Below, piece by piece: positions 46,937-56,899 of a DNA stretch of 64,000 nucleotides. The notes beneath the pieces are model-generated. The model ran no database searches, was not told the DNA's origin, and saw only the letters and a list, made by a program, of their open reading frames with translations. The DNA comes from Pseudomonadota bacterium. GTDB taxonomy: Bacteria; Pseudomonadota; Alphaproteobacteria; Caulobacterales; Caulobacteraceae. Within the stretch, counting starts at the first letter, position 1, and every line of letters begins with the position of its first letter. The translations under genes and the position numbers were made by a program. The stretch covers positions 71,525 through 135,524 of the forward strand of contig JAEXZS010000097.1 of the NCBI GenBank assembly GCA_023451375.1. Reading direction: 5' to 3'.

Positions 46937-47059
46937 CGTCCTTCCGGGGCGGCCGGAGGACGAACCCGGAACCCAGGGAGCTTGCATTCGGTGTCGGACG
47001 CGTTCAGCGGCGCGCCTGTCGTCCTGGGTTTCTTGGCCTCGCTCAGCTCCGGAATGACG
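46937..47059. repeat. Palindromic intergenic repeat (family A)
   Basis: CGTCCTTCCGGGGC..GAACCCGGAACCCAGG...CCTGGGTT..CCGGAATGACG. Confidence 0.75.
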
Positions 47060-47085
47060 CTCGGAAGCGCTGGAACGCAGATAGC

Positions 47086-48837
47086 TCAAGCCGCCTGATC
47101 CACCGGCCGCGCCTGCGCGGCGCGCTGCAGGGCGTCGTAGAGCTTCTTCGGCTCCAGCGGCTTGGCCAGCCAGTCGGTCATGCCGGCGGCGTAGCAGGCG
47201 GCGACCTGCTCGGCCTCGGTGCCCGCGCTGAAGCCGATGACGGGCGTCGCCGCGTTCAGCCCGGCCGAGGCGCGCAGGCGGCGGGTCGTCTCGTTGCCGT
47301 CGATGCCGGGCATGTTCACGTCCATCAGCACCACGTCGTATGGCCGTTCCGCCAACAGGGACAGGGCCAGGCGACCGTCAGACGCGGTGGTCAGGTCGAC
47401 GTCCAGCGGCTGCAGCACCAGGGCGATGGTGCGCCGGTTGATCTCGTGGTCGTCCACGGCCAGAACGCGGATGCGCCGGGTCAGGACGGGGGCGGCGGCG
47501 TCGAAGCCGTCCTCGGCCTGGGTCGGCTGGCCCGCGCACAGATCGACGCGCAGGGTGAAGGCGGCCCCCTGCCCTTCGACGCTGGCGGCGGTCAGGTCGC
47601 CGCCCATCAGCCGGGCCAGCTCGCGGCTGACCGTCAGCCCCAGGCCGGTGCCGCCGTAGGTGCGCGCCACCTCGGCGGAGCCTTGCGCGAAGGGCGAAAA
47701 CAGCCGGCTCATCGCCTCGGGCGAGATGCCCGCGCCCTGGTCGACGACGGTCAGGGTCAGGCCGTGCCGGCCCGCGTCGGCCGGAGCCGACGCCTCTAGC
47801 CGGATGGTCCCCGACGGCGTGAACTTGATGGCGTTGGAGACCAGGTTGTTGACCACCTGGCGCAGCCGATAGGGGTCGCCGCGCAGCCAGACGGGGTCGC
47901 CCTCGGTGCCCGCGACCTGCAGCGTCAGGCCCTTCTCGGCCGCGGGCGCGCTCCAGAAGCGGGCGGCGTCGCGGACGAAGTCGTTCAGCTCGAAGTCGCG
48001 GCTTTCCAGCTGCATCGCCCCCGCCTCCATCTTGGAGTGGTCCAGGAGGTCGTTGAGCATGCCGGTCATCAGGCGGCCCGCGTCGATGATCAGTTCGGCG
48101 GTCTCCTCGCGCTTGTCCGGGACCTTGCCGCCGCGGATGACGTGAGCGCCGGCCAGGATGGCGCTGACGGGGGTGCGCAGCTCGTGGCTGACGATCGCGG
48201 CCATGGCGGCGCGGTCGGCCATGGCGGCCTGGGCCTGCTCCAGCCGGCGCTCGGCCTCGGACAGGGCCTGGACCTCGGCCCGGCGCGCCGCGTGCACCCG
48301 CCAGTAGACGTTCAGGATGGCGCCCGAAAACAGGGCGGCGGACAGGGTCATGACGACCACGCCGTGAGGATCGCCCTGGACGATCTTCACCACCGGCATA
48401 AGGGCCAGCGCCAGCAGATAGGGCGTGCCGCCGATGAAGAAGACGGTGCGGGAGCCGATGCCCGAGGCGACGTTGGTCAGCAGCCCCCCGGCGATGGTCA
48501 GCGCGGCCAGCGTCACCAGGGCGGGATGGTTGGTGGTCCAGACGACCATGGCCATGCCGCCGTAGGCCGCGCCCATCAGGGTGGTCGAGGCCAGAGCGGC
48601 GACGACGGCGATGCGCCGCTCGGACGGCTGCGCCTGACGGAAGGGCGTCATGGCCAGGAACTCGAACGCCTGCACGGCGGCGGCCAGGACAATCCACGGC
48701 ACGATCCAGTCGCCCATGTCGGCCGCGTGCAGCGCCCAGGCCACCACGCCGGCCAGAAGCAGCCGCACCGGAATCTGCTTCAGCCGCTCGGCCGCGCTGG
48801 CGGCGAGGATCGGTCCGATGGAATCGAGAAAACGCAT
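47086..48837 (-). CDS. Membrane-bound hybrid sensor histidine kinase/response regulator
   Basis: N-terminal TM segments; SHELRTP, NLVSNAIKFT, DQGAG, GGTGLGL; REC domain VDDHEIN, LMDVNMP, KP. Confidence 0.93.
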   Translation of the reverse strand: MRFLDSIGPILAASAAERLKQIPVRLLLAGVVAWALHAADMGDWIVPWIVLAAAVQAFEFLAMTPFRQAQPSERRIAVVAALASTTLMGAAYGGMAMVVWTTNHPALVTLAALTIAGGLLTNVASGIGSRTVFFIGGTPYLLALALMPVVKIVQGDPHGVVVMTLSAALFSGAILNVYWRVHAARRAEVQALSEAERRLEQAQAAMADRAAMAAIVSHELRTPVSAILAGAHVIRGGKVPDKREETAELIIDAGRLMTGMLNDLLDHSKMEAGAMQLESRDFELNDFVRDAARFWSAPAAEKGLTLQVAGTEGDPVWLRGDPYRLRQVVNNLVSNAIKFTPSGTIRLEASAPADAGRHGLTLTVVDQGAGISPEAMSRLFSPFAQGSAEVARTYGGTGLGLTVSRELARLMGGDLTAASVEGQGAAFTLRVDLCAGQPTQAEDGFDAAAPVLTRRIRVLAVDDHEINRRTIALVLQPLDVDLTTASDGRLALSLLAERPYDVVLMDVNMPGIDGNETTRRLRASAGLNAATPVIGFSAGTEAEQVAACYAAGMTDWLAKPLEPKKLYDALQRAAQARPVDQAA

Positions 48838-49045
48838 GACACCCCCGTTCGCCGCATACCGTTAGGTCAAGTTGGCGAACAGGATATGAATTGCGGGCGA
48901 AACGGCCGCGCCTACGCAATCTACCGTAGCGGATCGTTTACCGCCTGGAACGGGGACGCGCCCCAGAAGCGGGATCAGTGGCGTAGCGTGGCGTACCCAG
49001 TATCGCGTATCGAAGCGGCGTCGTGGCCTCCCCGCGACGCCGCCT

Positions 49046-49687
49046 TCAGACCACTTCGCGCAGCAGGGCGGTCTTGTAGTTCTGGACCCACAGGTTGCGG
49101 AAACGCTTGGACCGCTCGGCGTGGTAGATGTGCGCCAGCTCGGCGTAGGAACGGTCGAAGTCCTCGTTCACCAACACGTAGTCGAAGGCGTCGCAGTGCT
49201 CGATCTCGCCCTTGGCGTTGGCCACGCGGCGCTCGATGACCTCCTCGGCGTCCTGGGACCGGGTCACCAGGCGCCGGCGCAGCTCGGCCAGGCTGGGCGG
49301 CAGGATGAAGACGCGCACGGCGTCCTCTGGGCATTTCTCGGCCACGTCGCGCGCGCCCTGCCAGTCGATGTCGAACAGCACGTCGCGACCTTCGGCCAGG
49401 GCGCGGTCGACCGGCGCGCGGGGGCTGCCGTAGCGGTTGCCGTGCACGTCCGCCCATTCCAGGAAGGCGTCGGCGTCGATCAGCCGCTGGAATTCTTCAT
49501 GACTGACGAAGTTGTAGTCCCGCCCGTCCACCTCTCCGGGTCGGATGCCGCGCGTGGTCATCGAGACGGACAGCTCCAGCGCCCGGTGGTCGGCCATCAG
49601 CCGGCGGCACAGGCTGGTCTTGCCCGCGCCCGAGGGGCTGGCGACGATCAGGAGGACGCCGCGTCGGGGCGTGTGTTCATTCGACAT
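49046..49687 (-). CDS. gmk: Guanylate kinase
   Basis: SPSGAGKT, SMTTR, GEVDGRDY, FDIDWQG, FILPPS. Confidence 0.96.
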   Translation of the reverse strand: MSNEHTPRRGVLLIVASPSGAGKTSLCRRLMADHRALELSVSMTTRGIRPGEVDGRDYNFVSHEEFQRLIDADAFLEWADVHGNRYGSPRAPVDRALAEGRDVLFDIDWQGARDVAEKCPEDAVRVFILPPSLAELRRRLVTRSQDAEEVIERRVANAKGEIEHCDAFDYVLVNEDFDRSYAELAHIYHAERSKRFRNLWVQNYKTALLREVV

Positions 49688-50561
49688 TCTGGACCTGCTC
49701 ACGCAACTGCTCGATCACGGCCTTGAGCTCCAGGCCGATTCCGGTGAGCGCGGTGGTAGCGGATTTCGAGCACAAGGTGTTCGCCTCGCGCATGAATTCC
49801 TGCATCAGGAAGTCGAGCTTGCGACCGGCGGGCGGCTGGCCCAGCAACTGGCGGGCCGAGGCGACGTGGGCGGTCAGCCGATCCAGCTCCTCGCGCACGT
49901 CGGCCTTGGCGGCCAGGGCGGCGGCCTCCAGGACGATCCGCTCCTCCAGTCCCGGCGCGTCTGGGGCCAGTTCGACGATGCGCCGGGTGAAGCGTTCGCG
50001 AATGGCCTCGACCTGCGCCTTCGCCTCGCCCTCGGCCTGGCCGACCAGCGCCTCGATGCGGGCGATGAAGTCCTCGAGCACCGGCTTCAGCTGGGCCCCT
50101 TCGCGTCTTCGCGAGGTCTTCAGGGCGTCCAGGGCCTCTTCGATGGTGCGGGTCATGGCGGCCTGAAGCGCGGCGCGGGCGTCGGGGTCGTCCGCCTCCT
50201 CCGGGGTCTCGATCACGCCGCGCAGGGCCAGCAGGCCGTCGGCGGACGGGGGCGTGGCGCCGCCCTCGGCCAACTCATTGGCCAGGGTCAAGTAGCGGGA
50301 CAAGAGGGTGGCGTTGACGGTGACCGCGGCCTCGACGGAGGCGGCGCGGCGCGCCTGGAGGCCCAGCGTCACCTGGCCGCGCGCGAACCGCGCCTGGCCG
50401 GCCGCCTTGGCCAGGCGCTCCAGCTCGTCGAAGCCGTTCGGACCGCGGTAGCGGACCTCCAGGTTCCGACCGTTGACGGACCGCGCCTCGACCGACCAGG
50501 TCCAGCCGTCGGCGGCGCCGTCGGCCCGGCCGAAGCCGGTCATGCCCGACAGCGCGCTCAT
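49677..50561 (-). CDS. yicC: YicC/YloC family endoribonuclease
   Basis: GMTGFG, RSVNGR, DVREELDRL, GRKLDFLMQEFMREANT, EQLREQVQNVE. Confidence 0.93.
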   Translation of the reverse strand: MSALSGMTGFGRADGAADGWTWSVEARSVNGRNLEVRYRGPNGFDELERLAKAAGQARFARGQVTLGLQARRAASVEAAVTVNATLLSRYLTLANELAEGGATPPSADGLLALRGVIETPEEADDPDARAALQAAMTRTIEEALDALKTSRRREGAQLKPVLEDFIARIEALVGQAEGEAKAQVEAIRERFTRRIVELAPDAPGLEERIVLEAAALAAKADVREELDRLTAHVASARQLLGQPPAGRKLDFLMQEFMREANTLCSKSATTALTGIGLELKAVIEQLREQVQNVE

Positions 50562-51721
50562 GGAGTATTCGGCCCCTGGCTGGCGCCGGGCGGCAGCGTC
50601 AGGGTCGCCTGCCCTCCGGCGGCGGGCGCACCTTGCGGATCGGTCATCGGCGCGGGCGACAGGCCCGGCGCGGTCGGGGCCGGCGCCTCGGGCGGCAGGC
50701 CCGCCTTCTGACGCTCGATCTGGCGCCAGCGGGCGACGTTGCGCAGGTGTTCCTCGTAGGTGTTGGCGAAGGCGTGGCCGCCGGTGCCGTCGGCGACGAA
50801 GAACAGCGCCGGGTCGGCCGGCGGGTTCAGCACGGCGCGCAGGGCTTCGCGGCCCGGGTTGGCGATCGGCGTCGGCGGCAGGCCGTCGATCAGATAGGTG
50901 TTCCACGGCGTCGCCTGGGTCAGCTCCGAGCGGCGGATGCCGCGCCCCAGGGGCCGCCCCTTGGTCAGGCCGTAGACGATGGTGGGATCGCTCTCCAGGC
51001 GCATGCCCTGACGCAGGCGGTTGGTGAAGACCGCGGCCACGCGGGGACGCTCGGCGGCCAGGCCGGTCTCCTTCTCGACGATGGAGGCCAGGATCACCGC
51101 CTCTTCCGGATCGCGGGCGACCGAGCCGGGCGCGCGCTGCGCCCACAGGAGGCGCAGGTTGTCGCGGGCGGCGACCTGCATCCGCTCGATGACCGACTGG
51201 CGCGTCTCGCCGCGCGTGACCTCATAGGTGTCGGGCCATAGGGAACCCTCTTCCGGAACCGTATCGACGGTTCCCGTCAGCACCGGCTGCTTCATCAGGA
51301 TGTCGACGGCCTGGGCCGAGGACCAGCCTTCGGGCAGGGTCACGAAGTGGCGCACCACCCGGCCTTCGACCATCAGCCGCAGCACCCCGGCCAGCGAGGT
51401 TCCCGAGGGGATGTCGTATTCCCCCGCCCGCAGCTTGCGGTCCGCGCCGGTCAGGGCGGCGGCGGCCTTGAACAGGTCGGGCGAGCGGATCACGCCGGCG
51501 GCGTTCATCCGCGCGGCGATGGCCGAGACGCTGGAGCCGCTGGGCAGGGTGACGACGGTGCTGTCGCCCTGGCGCGCCGACGGCCCCGGCCCGTAGTAGA
51601 CGACCCAGATCGCCGCCAGGGCGACGATCAGGAACAGGGCGAAGGTGGCCGAGCCCGTCAGCAGGGCCACCGTCAGGCCCGATCGCTTGCCCTGCTTCTC
51701 GACCCGCCCCCGTCCGAACAT
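50558..51721 (-). CDS. mltG: Endolytic transglycosylase MltG
   Basis: TLPEG, LASIVEKET, NRLRQGMRLESDPT, GLPPTPIANPG. Confidence 0.94.
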   Translation of the reverse strand: MFGRGRVEKQGKRSGLTVALLTGSATFALFLIVALAAIWVVYYGPGPSARQGDSTVVTLPSGSSVSAIAARMNAAGVIRSPDLFKAAAALTGADRKLRAGEYDIPSGTSLAGVLRLMVEGRVVRHFVTLPEGWSSAQAVDILMKQPVLTGTVDTVPEEGSLWPDTYEVTRGETRQSVIERMQVAARDNLRLLWAQRAPGSVARDPEEAVILASIVEKETGLAAERPRVAAVFTNRLRQGMRLESDPTIVYGLTKGRPLGRGIRRSELTQATPWNTYLIDGLPPTPIANPGREALRAVLNPPADPALFFVADGTGGHAFANTYEEHLRNVARWRQIERQKAGLPPEAPAPTAPGLSPAPMTDPQGAPAAGGQATLTLPPGASQGPNTP

Positions 51722-51722
51722 C

Positions 51723-52997
51723 TCAGTCCACGACCTTCTTGAAGATGACCGAGGCGTTGGTGCCGCCGAAGCCGAAACTGTTGGACATGGCCACGTCGAT
51801 CTTCATCGGCTTGCCCTTGTGCGGGACCAGGTCGATCGGCGTCTCCATCTCCGGATCGTCCAGGTTGATGGTCGGCGGCGCCACCTGGTCGCGGATGGCC
51901 AGGACGCAGAAGGCCGCCTCTATGGCGCCGGCGGCGCCCAGCAGGTGGCCGGTCATCGACTTGGTCGAGGAAACCGCCAGGTTCCCGGCGTGGTCGCCGA
52001 CCAGCCGCTCGATCGCCTTCAGCTCGATCCAGTCGGCCATGGTCGAGGTGCCGTGGGCGTTGACGTAGTCCAGGTCCGAGGCTTGGAGGCCCGCGCGCTT
52101 CAGCGCCGCCTTCATCGCCCGCTCGCCGCCTTCGCCGTCCTCGGACGGGGCGGTGATGTGATAGGCGTCGCCGCTCATGCCGTAGCCGACCACCTCGGCG
52201 TAGATCTTGGCGCCGCGGGCCTTGGCGTGCTCGTACTCCTCCAGCACCAGGATGCCGGCGCCCTCGCCCATGACGAAGCCCGCGTGACCCCGGTCATAGG
52301 GGCGCGACGCCTTCTCGGGCGTGTCGTTGTAGGCGGTGCACAGGGCCTTGCAGGCCAGGAAGCCGGCGATGCCGATCGGCACGATGGAGCTCTCGGCCCC
52401 GCCGCAGACCATGACGTCGGCGTCGTCCAGGGCGATCATCCGGGCCGCGTCGCCGATGGCGTGGGCGCCGGTGGCGCAGGCGGTGACCGCCGCGTGGTTG
52501 GGCCCTTTCAGGCCGTGGCGGATCGAGATCTGGCCGCCGGCCAGGTTGATCAGGGCCGAAGGGATGAAGAAGGGGCTGACGCGGCGCGGCCCCTGCTCCT
52601 TCAGGACGATGGCCGTATCGGCGATAGGCCCCAGGCCGCCGATGCCGGAGCCGACCATGACGCCGGTGCGCTCCTTGTCCTCGTCGCTCTCGGGCTTCCA
52701 GTTCGCGTCGTGCAGCGCCTCGTCGGCGGCGGCGATGGCGTATAGGATGAAGTCGTCGACACGCTTGCGGTCCTTGGCCGACATGACCTGGTCGGGGTCG
52801 AAGTCGCCCTCGCCGCCGCCGCCGCGCCCGTCGACGCTCGGCACCTCGCCGGCGATGGTGCAGGCGTAGCCTTCGGCGTCGAAGGCGGTGATCGGACCGA
52901 TGCCCGATCGTCCCTCCACGACGCCCTTCCAGCTCTTGTCGACGCCCCATCCCAGGGGGGTCAGCAGGCCGATGCCCGTAACGACGACGCGGCGCAT
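51723..52997 (-). CDS. fabF: Beta-ketoacyl-ACP synthase II
   Basis: TACATG, NAHGTST, KSMTGHLLGAAG, NSFGFGG. Confidence 0.96.
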   Translation of the reverse strand: MRRVVVTGIGLLTPLGWGVDKSWKGVVEGRSGIGPITAFDAEGYACTIAGEVPSVDGRGGGGEGDFDPDQVMSAKDRKRVDDFILYAIAAADEALHDANWKPESDEDKERTGVMVGSGIGGLGPIADTAIVLKEQGPRRVSPFFIPSALINLAGGQISIRHGLKGPNHAAVTACATGAHAIGDAARMIALDDADVMVCGGAESSIVPIGIAGFLACKALCTAYNDTPEKASRPYDRGHAGFVMGEGAGILVLEEYEHAKARGAKIYAEVVGYGMSGDAYHITAPSEDGEGGERAMKAALKRAGLQASDLDYVNAHGTSTMADWIELKAIERLVGDHAGNLAVSSTKSMTGHLLGAAGAIEAAFCVLAIRDQVAPPTINLDDPEMETPIDLVPHKGKPMKIDVAMSNSFGFGGTNASVIFKKVVD

Positions 52998-53054
52998 GGC
53001 TTCCGCTCCTTCACTCTCGCATTCATGTCCGGGACGAATCCTCCCGGAGATCAG

Positions 53055-53103
53055 AAACAGTAAAGGCCGCCGGGCGCGTCCGCTAGGAGCGCCGGGCGGC
53101 CTT
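53055..53103 (-). terminator. Terminator/stabilising hairpin after acpP
   Basis: AAGGCCGCCCGGCGC...GCGCCCGGCGGCCTT followed by TACTGTTT. Confidence 0.6.
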
Positions 53104-53128
53104 GACTATCGCCGATCGGCGGCTGGAA

Positions 53129-53368
53129 TCAGCCGGCCGACTTTTCGTCGATGTACTTCACGGCGTCGCCGACCGTCTGGATATGCTCGGCGGCGTCATC
53201 GGGAATCTCGATGTCGAATTCTTCTTCGAAGGCCATCACCAGCTCGACGTTGTCGAGCGAGTCGGCGCCCAGGTCGTCGATGAAGCTGGCCTTTTCCGTG
53301 ACCTTGTCCGGATCCGCGTCCAGGTGGTCGATGACGATCTTGCGAACGCGCTCGAGGGTGTCGGACAT
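53129..53368 (-). CDS. acpP: Acyl carrier protein
   Basis: [19 protein letters not shown]. Confidence 0.97.
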   Translation of the reverse strand: MSDTLERVRKIVIDHLDADPDKVTEKASFIDDLGADSLDNVELVMAFEEEFDIEIPDDAAEHIQTVGDAVKYIDEKSAG

Positions 53369-53538
53369 GAGTGTCTCTCTGCCTGTTTAAATGCGCCGTA
53401 GAGGCGGGGTCTCATCCAAAATCGCCGTCTCACGGCAGCGAGGGCGACGCAAGCCCTGAAAGCTCGAACCGCCGACGCATCCGCCCTTTAGCACAGCCGC
53501 CGGGGCGGGAAATAGTCTGTTGCGTGTCGTGATCGGGG

Positions 53539-54279
53539 TCAGATCATCGCCATGCCGCCGTTCACGTGCAGGGTCTGCCCGGTGACATAGGCGGCCTCGT
53601 CCGAGGACAGGTAGACGGCGGCGGCGGCGATCTCGTCGCCCGTGCCCAGCCGGCCGGTCGGAATCCTGGCCAGGATGGTGTCGCGCTGCTGCTCGTTCAG
53701 CACGTCGGTCATGGGCGAGGCGATGAAGCCCGGCGCGATGCAGTTGACCGTGATGCCGCGCGATCCGACCTCCTGGGCCAGCGACTTGGAAAAGCCGATC
53801 ATGCCGGCCTTGGAGGCGGAATAGTTGGTCTGACCGGGGTTTCCCGTGACGCCCACGACCGAGGTCACGCCGATGATGCGGCCCGCGCGGCGCTTCATCA
53901 TGCCCTTCACCGCCGCGCGGGTCAGGCGGAAATAGCTTTCCAGGTTCACCGCCAGCACCGACTGGAAGTCCTCGTCCTTCATCCGCATCAGAAGGCCGTC
54001 CCTGGTGATGCCGGCGTTGGCCACCAGGATGTCCAGGGGCGCGCCCGCCGCCGCCTCGGCCGCCGCGACCAGACCGTCGACCGATTCCGGCTCGGACAGA
54101 TTGGCGGCGGCGAAATGGGCGCGCTCACCCAGGTCTCCGGCCAGATCGGCCAGCACCGCCTCGCGCGTGCCCGACAGCACCACGGTCGCGCCCTGTGCGT
54201 GCAGCGCCCGCGCGATCGCACCGCCGATGCCGCCCGTCGCGCCGGTCACCAGCGCGGTCTTGCCTGCGAGATTGAACAT
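53539..54279 (-). CDS. fabG: 3-oxoacyl-ACP reductase
   Basis: TGATGGIG, NAGITRD, YSASK, LHVNGG. Confidence 0.96.
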   Translation of the reverse strand: MFNLAGKTALVTGATGGIGGAIARALHAQGATVVLSGTREAVLADLAGDLGERAHFAAANLSEPESVDGLVAAAEAAAGAPLDILVANAGITRDGLLMRMKDEDFQSVLAVNLESYFRLTRAAVKGMMKRRAGRIIGVTSVVGVTGNPGQTNYSASKAGMIGFSKSLAQEVGSRGITVNCIAPGFIASPMTDVLNEQQRDTILARIPTGRLGTGDEIAAAAVYLSSDEAAYVTGQTLHVNGGMAMI

Positions 54280-54288
54280 CCAAATCCT

Positions 54289-54416
54289 CCGCTCATCCCG
54301 GCGAAAGCCGGGACCCAGTGCTTTCACACGCAGGATGGCCGGGATCACCGCTCCTGCGCAAACGCATACGCCCATCGCCCAGTGAACTGGGTCCCGGTTG
54401 TCGCCGGGATGAGCGG
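54289..54416. repeat. Palindromic intergenic repeat (family B, CIR-like) between fabD and fabG
   Basis: CCGCTCATCCCGGCGAAAGCCGGGACCCAG...CTGGGTCCCGGTTGTCGCCGGGATGAGCGG. Confidence 0.8.
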
Positions 54417-54421
54417 CGAAA

Positions 54422-55366
54422 TTACAGGCTCTTCGCGAACGCTTCCAGGTCTTCCGGCGTGTTCAGCGGCAGGCTTTCGGCGTCCGGGGCGATGCGCTTG
54501 GCCATGCCGGTCAGCACCTTGCCGGAGCCGACCTCGACGAAGCGGGTCACGCCGCCGTCAGTCGCCATCCACTCCATGCTCTCGCGCCAGCGCACCCGGC
54601 CGGTGACCTGTTCGACCAGCAGGCGGCGAATGGCGTCGGGATCGGTTTCCGGGCGAGCGGTGACGTTGGCCACCACCGGAACGGCCGGGGCCAGGATGGT
54701 CGCCGAGGCCAGGGCCTGAGCCATCTCATCCGCCGCCGGCTGCATCAGGGGGCAGTGGAAGGGCGCCGAGACGTTCAGCGGGATCGCCCGCGCGCCCAGG
54801 TCCTTGGCCTTCTCGATGGCGCGGTCCACGGCCGCCTTGTCGCCGGAGATGACGATGTTGCCGGCGTTGTTGTCATTGGCGACGACGCAGACGCCGACCT
54901 CGGCGCCCGCCGCGGCGGCGGCCTCGGCCAGGGCCAGGTCGGTCTTCGGTCCGATCAGCGAGGCCATGGCCCCCTTGCCCACCGGCACGGCCCGCTGCAT
55001 CGCCTGGCCGCGCAGCTTCAGCAGCCGCGCCGTGTCCGACAGCGAGATCGCGCCGGCGGCGGCCAGGGCCGAATATTCGCCCAGCGAGTGGCCGGCCACG
55101 AAGGCCGCCCTGGCCACGTCGACGCCGAACTGGTCCTTCAGCGTTCGGATCACCGCCAGCGACACGGCCATCAGCGCCGGCTGGGCGTTCTCGGTCAGGG
55201 TCAGCTGGTCTTCAGGCCCTTCGCGCATCAGGACCGACAGCTTCTGGCCCAGCGCCTCGTCCACCTCCGCGAAGACGTCGCGGGCGGACGGAAAGGCGTC
55301 TGCCAGCGGCGCGCCCATGCCGACGGCCTGGCTGCCCTGTCCGGGGAAGAGAAGCGCGAGAGTCAT
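54422..55366 (-). CDS. fabD: Malonyl CoA-ACP transacylase
   Basis: FPGQGSQ, GHSLGEY, VSAPFHC; alternative start at 55384. Confidence 0.96.
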   Translation of the reverse strand: MTLALLFPGQGSQAVGMGAPLADAFPSARDVFAEVDEALGQKLSVLMREGPEDQLTLTENAQPALMAVSLAVIRTLKDQFGVDVARAAFVAGHSLGEYSALAAAGAISLSDTARLLKLRGQAMQRAVPVGKGAMASLIGPKTDLALAEAAAAAGAEVGVCVVANDNNAGNIVISGDKAAVDRAIEKAKDLGARAIPLNVSAPFHCPLMQPAADEMAQALASATILAPAVPVVANVTARPETDPDAIRRLLVEQVTGRVRWRESMEWMATDGGVTRFVEVGSGKVLTGMAKRIAPDAESLPLNTPEDLEAFAKSL

Positions 55367-55468
55367 GTGCGTTTCGTCCGTCATGGTCCTGGAATCGAGC
55401 CGCGAGGGGTAGGCGAAAGCCTCCCCTACGGCAAGCCAGACCGAGATCAGGCCCCTAACGCGCCGCGA

Positions 55469-56899
55469 TCAGTCCTTGATCTCGGCCGTGCAGGGACGGT
55501 CGTCGGGACCGGCCTCGCCGTCGCAGCGACGCGCGGCCAGCAGAGTCTCTTCCGTCTCGATCAGCCGGTTCAGGCCGTCCTCGCCCTTCGTCAGGGTGAA
55601 GGCGTCGTACAGCCGCCCGGTCGCGGTGAAGGCGCGGAACACCAGGCGGTCGGCCTCGACGTCGATCAGTTGATAGAGTTCGGTGTTCTCGGCCGCGCGG
55701 ACGGGCTGCGTGTCGGCGCGGTCGTTCAGGCCGTACATCTTCGAGCCGGTGACCGAGACGACATAGACCGGGCCCTGCGGCCGTCCGGCGTCGCTGTTGG
55801 CGCGCGAGGCCTCGGCGCCGGCGGGATCGGACACCCGGCCGTAGCAGTGGTCGTGCCCCTGCAGCACCAGATCGATGCGGCGCGCGTCGAAGATCGGCTT
55901 CCAGGCCGCCTTGAGCTCCTCGGTGTCCTCGGGCCGGGCGCAGGTGTAGATCGGCTGGTGGAACAGGGCCACATTCCAGCGCGCGGGACTGGTCGCCAGG
56001 GTCTGATCCAGCCAGCGGGTCTGGCTTTCCGACGCGCCCAGGTCGATGGCCGCCGTCCCGTCCAGAATGATGAAGCGGACGCCCTGGTGGTCGACGAAGT
56101 AGCTGGTCCGTTCCGCGCCCGGCGCGCCGTTGGCCGGCAGGGCGAACTGCAGCGGCCAGTGCGGCCCCAGGCGGCGTGATTCGGCGCCGTCGGGCAGGAT
56201 GTGATCGACGTATTCGTGATTGCCGGTCGCGGGGATCTGGGGGGTCATGGCGAAGGCGCGGCCGCCCGCCTCGGTCCATTCGCCCCATTCGTCGTCGTGG
56301 ACCTTGGTTTCGCGCTGGGCCACCAGGTCGCCGGCGTGGACGACCAGGGCGGCGGGACCGGCCTCCTTAAGCGCCGAGCGAATCACGCGCGAGCCGATCT
56401 CCAGGATGTCGTTCTGGGTGTCGCCCAGATAGATGAAGCGGAACGGCGCGAAATCCGCCGACGCCGTGCGGAACGGCAGCCATTCGCTCCAGCCGTCGGC
56501 GGCGCGGACGCGATAGACGTAGCGGGTGGCGGGGTGCAGACCCTCGAAGCGGACCTGATGATAGAGCGCTTGGCCGTTCTCGTTCTCGATCGGCGCGGTC
56601 GTCCCCACGACGGTGCGGGCGGCGAAGCCCAGCAGGGGGCCGTCGATCTCCTCGGCGATCTGGGCCTCGGCGGTCGTCTGGCGCACGTCGGTGCGCCAGG
56701 CCACGGCGGCGCCGCGCGCGGCGTCGGCGGCCGGGCTCAGCACGATGCGGTCGGCCCAGCCTTTCGCCGCCCAGCGTCCGTTCGGGGCATGGGCGGGCGG
56801 CGGCGCGGGATCGGGATCCGGCGGCGCCGTAACCTGGGCCATGGCCGGCCAGGCCGCCAGGACGACAAGACCCATCAGGGCCGCGACGGACGTCTTCAT
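55469..56899 (-). CDS. Secreted purple acid phosphatase-like metallophosphoesterase
   Basis: Signal peptide, FN3-like N domain; GDTQ, AGDLV, GNHE, FHQP, GHDH. Confidence 0.88.
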   Translation of the reverse strand: MKTSVAALMGLVVLAAWPAMAQVTAPPDPDPAPPPAHAPNGRWAAKGWADRIVLSPAADAARGAAVAWRTDVRQTTAEAQIAEEIDGPLLGFAARTVVGTTAPIENENGQALYHQVRFEGLHPATRYVYRVRAADGWSEWLPFRTASADFAPFRFIYLGDTQNDILEIGSRVIRSALKEAGPAALVVHAGDLVAQRETKVHDDEWGEWTEAGGRAFAMTPQIPATGNHEYVDHILPDGAESRRLGPHWPLQFALPANGAPGAERTSYFVDHQGVRFIILDGTAAIDLGASESQTRWLDQTLATSPARWNVALFHQPIYTCARPEDTEELKAAWKPIFDARRIDLVLQGHDHCYGRVSDPAGAEASRANSDAGRPQGPVYVVSVTGSKMYGLNDRADTQPVRAAENTELYQLIDVEADRLVFRAFTATGRLYDAFTLTKGEDGLNRLIETEETLLAARRCDGEAGPDDRPCTAEIKD

